DNA from: the human T2T-CHM13v2.0 reference genome, Homo sapiens
NCBI RefSeq assembly: GCF_009914755.1
Contig: NC_060940.1
Reading direction: 5' to 3' (one strand)
Length of the DNA stretch: 64,000 nucleotides
Positions within the stretch are counted from its first letter, which is position 1; each line of letters starts with the position of its first letter. The notes under the pieces are model-generated. The model searched no databases and was not told the origin of the DNA. It saw nothing but the letters and a program-made list of their open reading frames with translations. The translations under genes were made by a program, and so were the position numbers. Shown one piece after another: positions 59,582-64,000 of the stretch.

Positions 59582-60099
59582 GTCTCAAAGATGTCATCAC
59601 AATGAGAGTTGAGAATGTGAGTATAACATGAAATCTTACATTGTTATAAAATTATTTTCTTATTAGTAGAGAGTGTGAATATCCATTTACATGTGATAAA
59701 ATTAAGTAAGAAAAAATTTTACATATTGAAGTAATAAGTTTGTTTCAAATTATTAATAATTGAATATAAATGGACTAAGGAATGTACAATGAGTATAAAT
59801 GGACTAAACTCAGAAGTTAAAAGAGAAAGATATTAGGAAAAAATATTGATATACAATATATATTAAATAAATAAATAAGAAAAACAGGGAAATCATAGCA
59901 AAGAATACTTGTAACTTTATTAATATCATATAAAATGAACTTCAGACAAATGTACAATATGTAAATATCATAATGTAACAAATATTCTGAACAATGCAAT
60001 CAATAAGTTTAATAATATGAACATAGTAGTGCTTTCAATTTCTCAAGTTCTCATGTTTCCTTGAAATATTAACCAAAAAAAAAATGGTAACTTTCCCCC

Positions 60100-60572
60100 C
60101 AATTATCTATCACTGGATATTAAATCACTCAACTTCAAAGGTTAAAAGAACAATACTTTTATTATTATTATCTCTCATGATGCTATAGTTGGTACCTAGG
60201 GCTGGAACCATATAAAGGCTTACTCTTTAGCATTTGTGGCACTTGCATTGGGAAAATTCAACAACTGTAAGCCGGAACAATAATGACTCTATAAGCATCT
60301 CTATCTCCATGTAATCTTGCCATGTTGTATTTCTATCATGGAGGCTCAGAATAGCTGGACTCCTTTCCTGATAGCTCAAGTTCCAAAGGTTTGTGTCCAC
60401 AGAGACAAACAGAGGCAGTCAGAAGTTGTATTGATGATTATGACGTAATCTTGAAAGTCACAAAGACTATGCCCTTTATGTTCTATTCTCCAAGGTAGTC
60501 ACAAAGGCCTGCCAAGGTACACTTACAAGTGAAGTGTCAAAGAATTTATAAGCATGTTTTAAAAGCACTATA
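60100..60572 (-). mobile_element. MLT1H-like LTR
   Basis: GTAGTCACAAAGGCCTGCC, GTGTCAAAGAATTT..GCATGTTTTAAAA. Confidence 0.6.
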
Positions 60573-61005
60573 ATGTTCTAGGTCACAAAATTTTAGTACA
60601 TTTCATTGAATGGATAAACAAACTGATCTTGGAGCATGAATAATTAATATTTGAATAATTCATATATTCACAATATTAACATATTAGAAAAAATAACAAT
60701 AATTTATTTTCAAATGATATAGAGAAAAAGTGCCTGATAAAATTAATTTATTATTAGTAGGGGAGGAGTGGCAGACAAAGCAAACCGCTTGGTAAAGGAA
60801 GAATTGAGCTTCCTTAATCTGATAAAGAAATAAAAAAAGAAATATGAAGATTAAGTGTAATCTCAAACAAAAAAGTATTAGGAATATTGCCTATAAAATT
60901 GGAAATGAGTCAGGGTGCCAGTATAATACTTGTATTTACCATTTATCAGTAGTTAAAGTAAAAAAAACTAGATGTTTGAGGTTGGGAAAAAAAACATGAA
61001 ACTTT

Positions 61006-61655
61006 TAGTACAGGGGTTATTAAGAAATTATTTTTAGGCAGCCAGAAAGGGTGAAAGTACTCTGTGGAAATTTCCTTTAATAAAAAGCAGCCCCCAAACC
61101 ATTTCTTCTCTAACAAAAAGCAGCCTGAAGTGTCAGGTATAGATATGCAGACTAGAAGCTTTTATATGTGAATGGCAGTAGCTGTACCTGGAAGCCAGGT
61201 ACCATCAATGTGGCATCTCCCGCCTTCTTTTCCTTGTCACCACGTGTACAGGTGTCATGACACCCTCCAGGTAAAACCACATGTACTGGCATCATGGCAA
61301 CCAGCCAGGTTGAAGCCATATTTGCATAATAAAAGACAAGGGTTCGAGAGCCAGTCTTTTCACGGGCTATGTAAATGGCGCACCTGGTCAAACCAATCTC
61401 CTGGGCCCTATGTAAATCAATTACCTCCTCCTCAAGCCTCTGTACAAAACCGATTGCATTCTGCTGCAAACCGGAGACCCTCTTTTGGGCAACCCACTGT
61501 CTCAGCATGAGGAAGCTTTTTCTGTATATATTCTTCTTTCTTTTTTTAAACTTTCTGCTCCTAAACCCACTCTTCATGTATGTCCGTGTCCTGAATTCTT
61601 TCTCAACTGAGACCAAGAACCACGATATCTACCCCAGACAACAACAGCCATTTCA
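61006..61655 (+). mobile_element. LTR9/LTR9B-like ERV1 solo LTR
   Basis: TAGTACAGGGGTTATTAAGAAATTATTTTTAGGCAG..AAAAGCAGCCCCCAAA..ATTTGCATAAT..CCATTTCA, about 650 bp; TSD CTTT/CTAT. Confidence 0.72.
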
Positions 61656-62309
61656 CTATAATTATTTACAGAAGATATGATTATTTATGTAGGGACTACA
61701 AGAGATATTCAGAGTAATTGTAAAAAGTAATAGGAAACGTGGATAGGGTAGGTGGGCATCATATTAACATACTGAAAGTGGTTGAATTTCTATCAAAGAG
61801 CCAGAAATGATTACAAAATACAACTATAAGACAGAATTTATGACAGTACCAGGGGGTATCAAATGGAAAATAAATATAGCAAAAAGGTATAATACCTCTA
61901 TAGATGAATGTATAACATTGTATTAGGAGATGTTTCAAAAGACCTGAATAATTGAGAAAATAATACTATGTACATGGACAGGAAGTTTATAGCATAAAGG
62001 TCTCTATTTTACAGAATTAATCCCACAAATTCAGTGACATTTCAATTAAAATACAATATGGCTTTATGATGTTACTTGACTCTGAAGTGTAAATGGAGAA
62101 GTAAAATTACAATAATAGCAAGATGTTTCTAAAGAGGGTAAGGGATTGATCAGCATCAAGTAAATCTTTGCTACACCTTGGTAAGAATTTGGAGTACTGT
62201 ATTTTGTAATTATTTTGCAATGAGTATGCATTTTGGGCTCACTTTGGGGTTGCAAGGAGTTATCTGATCTTTCTAGTTATTTTGTAAATGAGGCAAGAAT
62301 AGAGAGAAA

Positions 62310-62653
62310 GTAACCAAAGACTCCAGCAATTACAGAGGCAATGGTGAGAACTGGTCAAATCTGACATAAAATTTTCAAGTGGGTTTACTGATGTTTTGGA
62401 TATGAGATGTGAATAAAACAGAGGAAACAATCATATATTGTCAGTTTGGGTCCTGAGCAACTGGGTGAGTAATGATGTCATTTTTTGAAACAGAGAATGT
62501 TGGGAGAGGGCTGGAATTTGGAAAAGGATGAACCCTTCTCTTTGGCCATATTGAGATTTCTAGTAGATAAGAAACAAGAAACCAGGCAATTAGATATATG
62601 AACCTGGAACTTAGGGGAGAAGTAGGGGATAGGGTTTACATTTGAGAGTCACC
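62310..62653 (-). mobile_element. L2 fragment
   Basis: CCTGAGCAACTGGGTGAGTAATGATGTCATT; GGCAATTAGATATATGAACCTGGAAC. Confidence 0.7.
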
Positions 62654-63645
62654 GGGGTCCTGTTTATCAACCAGCTGTGCTAGTGCTGTACAGGCAGAAG
62701 GTGAGGTTCTAGCTCCTCTCTCTAGAACTGACCACCACCCCATCAAGTGCATGTATCTGTCAGGGCTTGCCTCTAGAGAACCCGAGAGAATAAAAAGGTA
62801 TTAAATATCCAGATTATTAAAAATACAACCCTTTAGCCTAACAAACAACATTGTCTAATTTCTAGTGGGTTTGAATTAGAATTCTGCCATGAGGAAATGT
62901 CCATCCATAAAGTTTTGATATTTTGTTCTTTTGGTTACTTCCAAAACTTCCCTTAAAAATTGAGTCCTTATCCAACTTTATCTCTTTTGAAGAATGATGA
63001 TCCGAAAAGCACAGGTTCGTTCTCAATTTAATTTACAATTTTGTTAGACTTAACACAGTTTTAAGTGGGATGATTTGTGCTCTCAATTAGCTGTGTCTAA
63101 AATATTCTTCTGCCACCAAAATGATTCCTAGAATATTTACGTTTAATATACTTTTTAATAGGTTCCAAATCACAGAATAGTAAATGTGTAAACTTCTTGG
63201 AAAATAAATAACATCACTAAAATGGAATATGTATACACTTTAATTGCATTATCTAATTTCTTTTAAATATGTTTTGGAAGAGAATGATGTTTAACCTAAA
63301 ATTATACAGTGGTGCCTGCATCCCTGTATATAACAGGTTGTGTCTCAAATTTATCTTAAGAATATAGAAAAGCTGTTTAAAAAACAAACAAACAACAACA
63401 ACTACAACAAAAACCTGTGAGGATTCTTTATAGTGCATAGTAATCCTGATACAGATATTTTTTAAATCTATATTTCTCACAGATTTTCTGCAGTTATGTT
63501 TACAAAGTATCACTAGTTCTATGCCCTTGGATAGATTTCATTTCTCAGCAGATCAGATTTCCACATACATAAATTTGGAAATGACAGTGTCTGCTTTTTT
63601 CAATTCTGTGTTAGTCATATAGGAGGGCTTGAGAATGGTGAGAAG

Positions 63646-63939
63646 AGCTGGGCGTGTTGGCTCATGCCTGTAATTCCAGCACTTTGGGAAGCCTAGGTGG
63701 GTGGATTGCTTGAGTCCAGGAGTTCGAGAGCAGCCTGGGCAAAGTGGCGAAACCCTGTCTCTACAAAAAAAAAAAAAAAAAAAAAAAAAAAATTAGCGAG
63801 GTGTGGTGGTGAATGCCTGTGGTCCCAACTCTTTAGGAGGCTGAGGTGGGAGAAATCACCTGAGCCCGGGAGGCAGAGGCTGCAGTGAGTCGCTATCTCA
63901 CCACTGCATTCCATCCTGGGTGACAGTGTGAGACCCTAT

Positions 63940-63985
<46 letters not shown>
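63646..63985 (+). mobile_element. AluJb-like with expanded linker A run and (CA)22 tail
   Basis: Full dimer; A run at about 63765-63792; CA repeat 63942-63985. Confidence 0.92.
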
Positions 63986-63987
<2 letters not shown>

Positions 63988-64000
63988 GGAAGAGAGAGAG

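Noticed and set aside
61152-61680. 154-aa and 101-112-aa ORFs
   Set aside because: They lie essentially within a solo LTR with no coding signature

Overview
Primate (human-like) AT-rich intergenic or deep-intronic DNA, roughly half interspersed repeats. I found no intact protein-coding gene, CpG island or RNA gene. The listed ORFs are Alu, L1, MaLR or simple-repeat artefacts, except two minus-strand ORFs (15145-15333, 15641-15832) that belong to a 5'-truncated processed pseudogene of NOP56. That retrocopy lacks an internal 46-codon block, as if copied from an exon-skipped mRNA, and is split by a THE1D-type LTR. Repeats include about 18 Alus (J, S, Y), L1PA/PB/MA/MB/ME pieces, two full-length MaLR proviruses (MSTC-like, THE1D-like), many solo LTRs, MIR/L2 relics and hAT MITEs. 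The most unusual signals are fossil insertion or repair events: (1) a tiny L1PA2-like insertion carrying an inverted copy of its own target site (perfect 30-bp hairpin), nested in a twin-primed L1 with a probable 3' transduction; (2) a 52-bp copy of flanking DNA templated into the THE1D provirus; (3) a possible AluJ-MIR-AluS composite insertion; (4) two ~300-bp GAA-rich purine tracts 2 kb apart; (5) head-to-head Alus 49 bp apart. I see no evidence for a new functional gene system. Subfamily names come from recalled consensus sequences and need RepeatMasker/Dfam confirmation.
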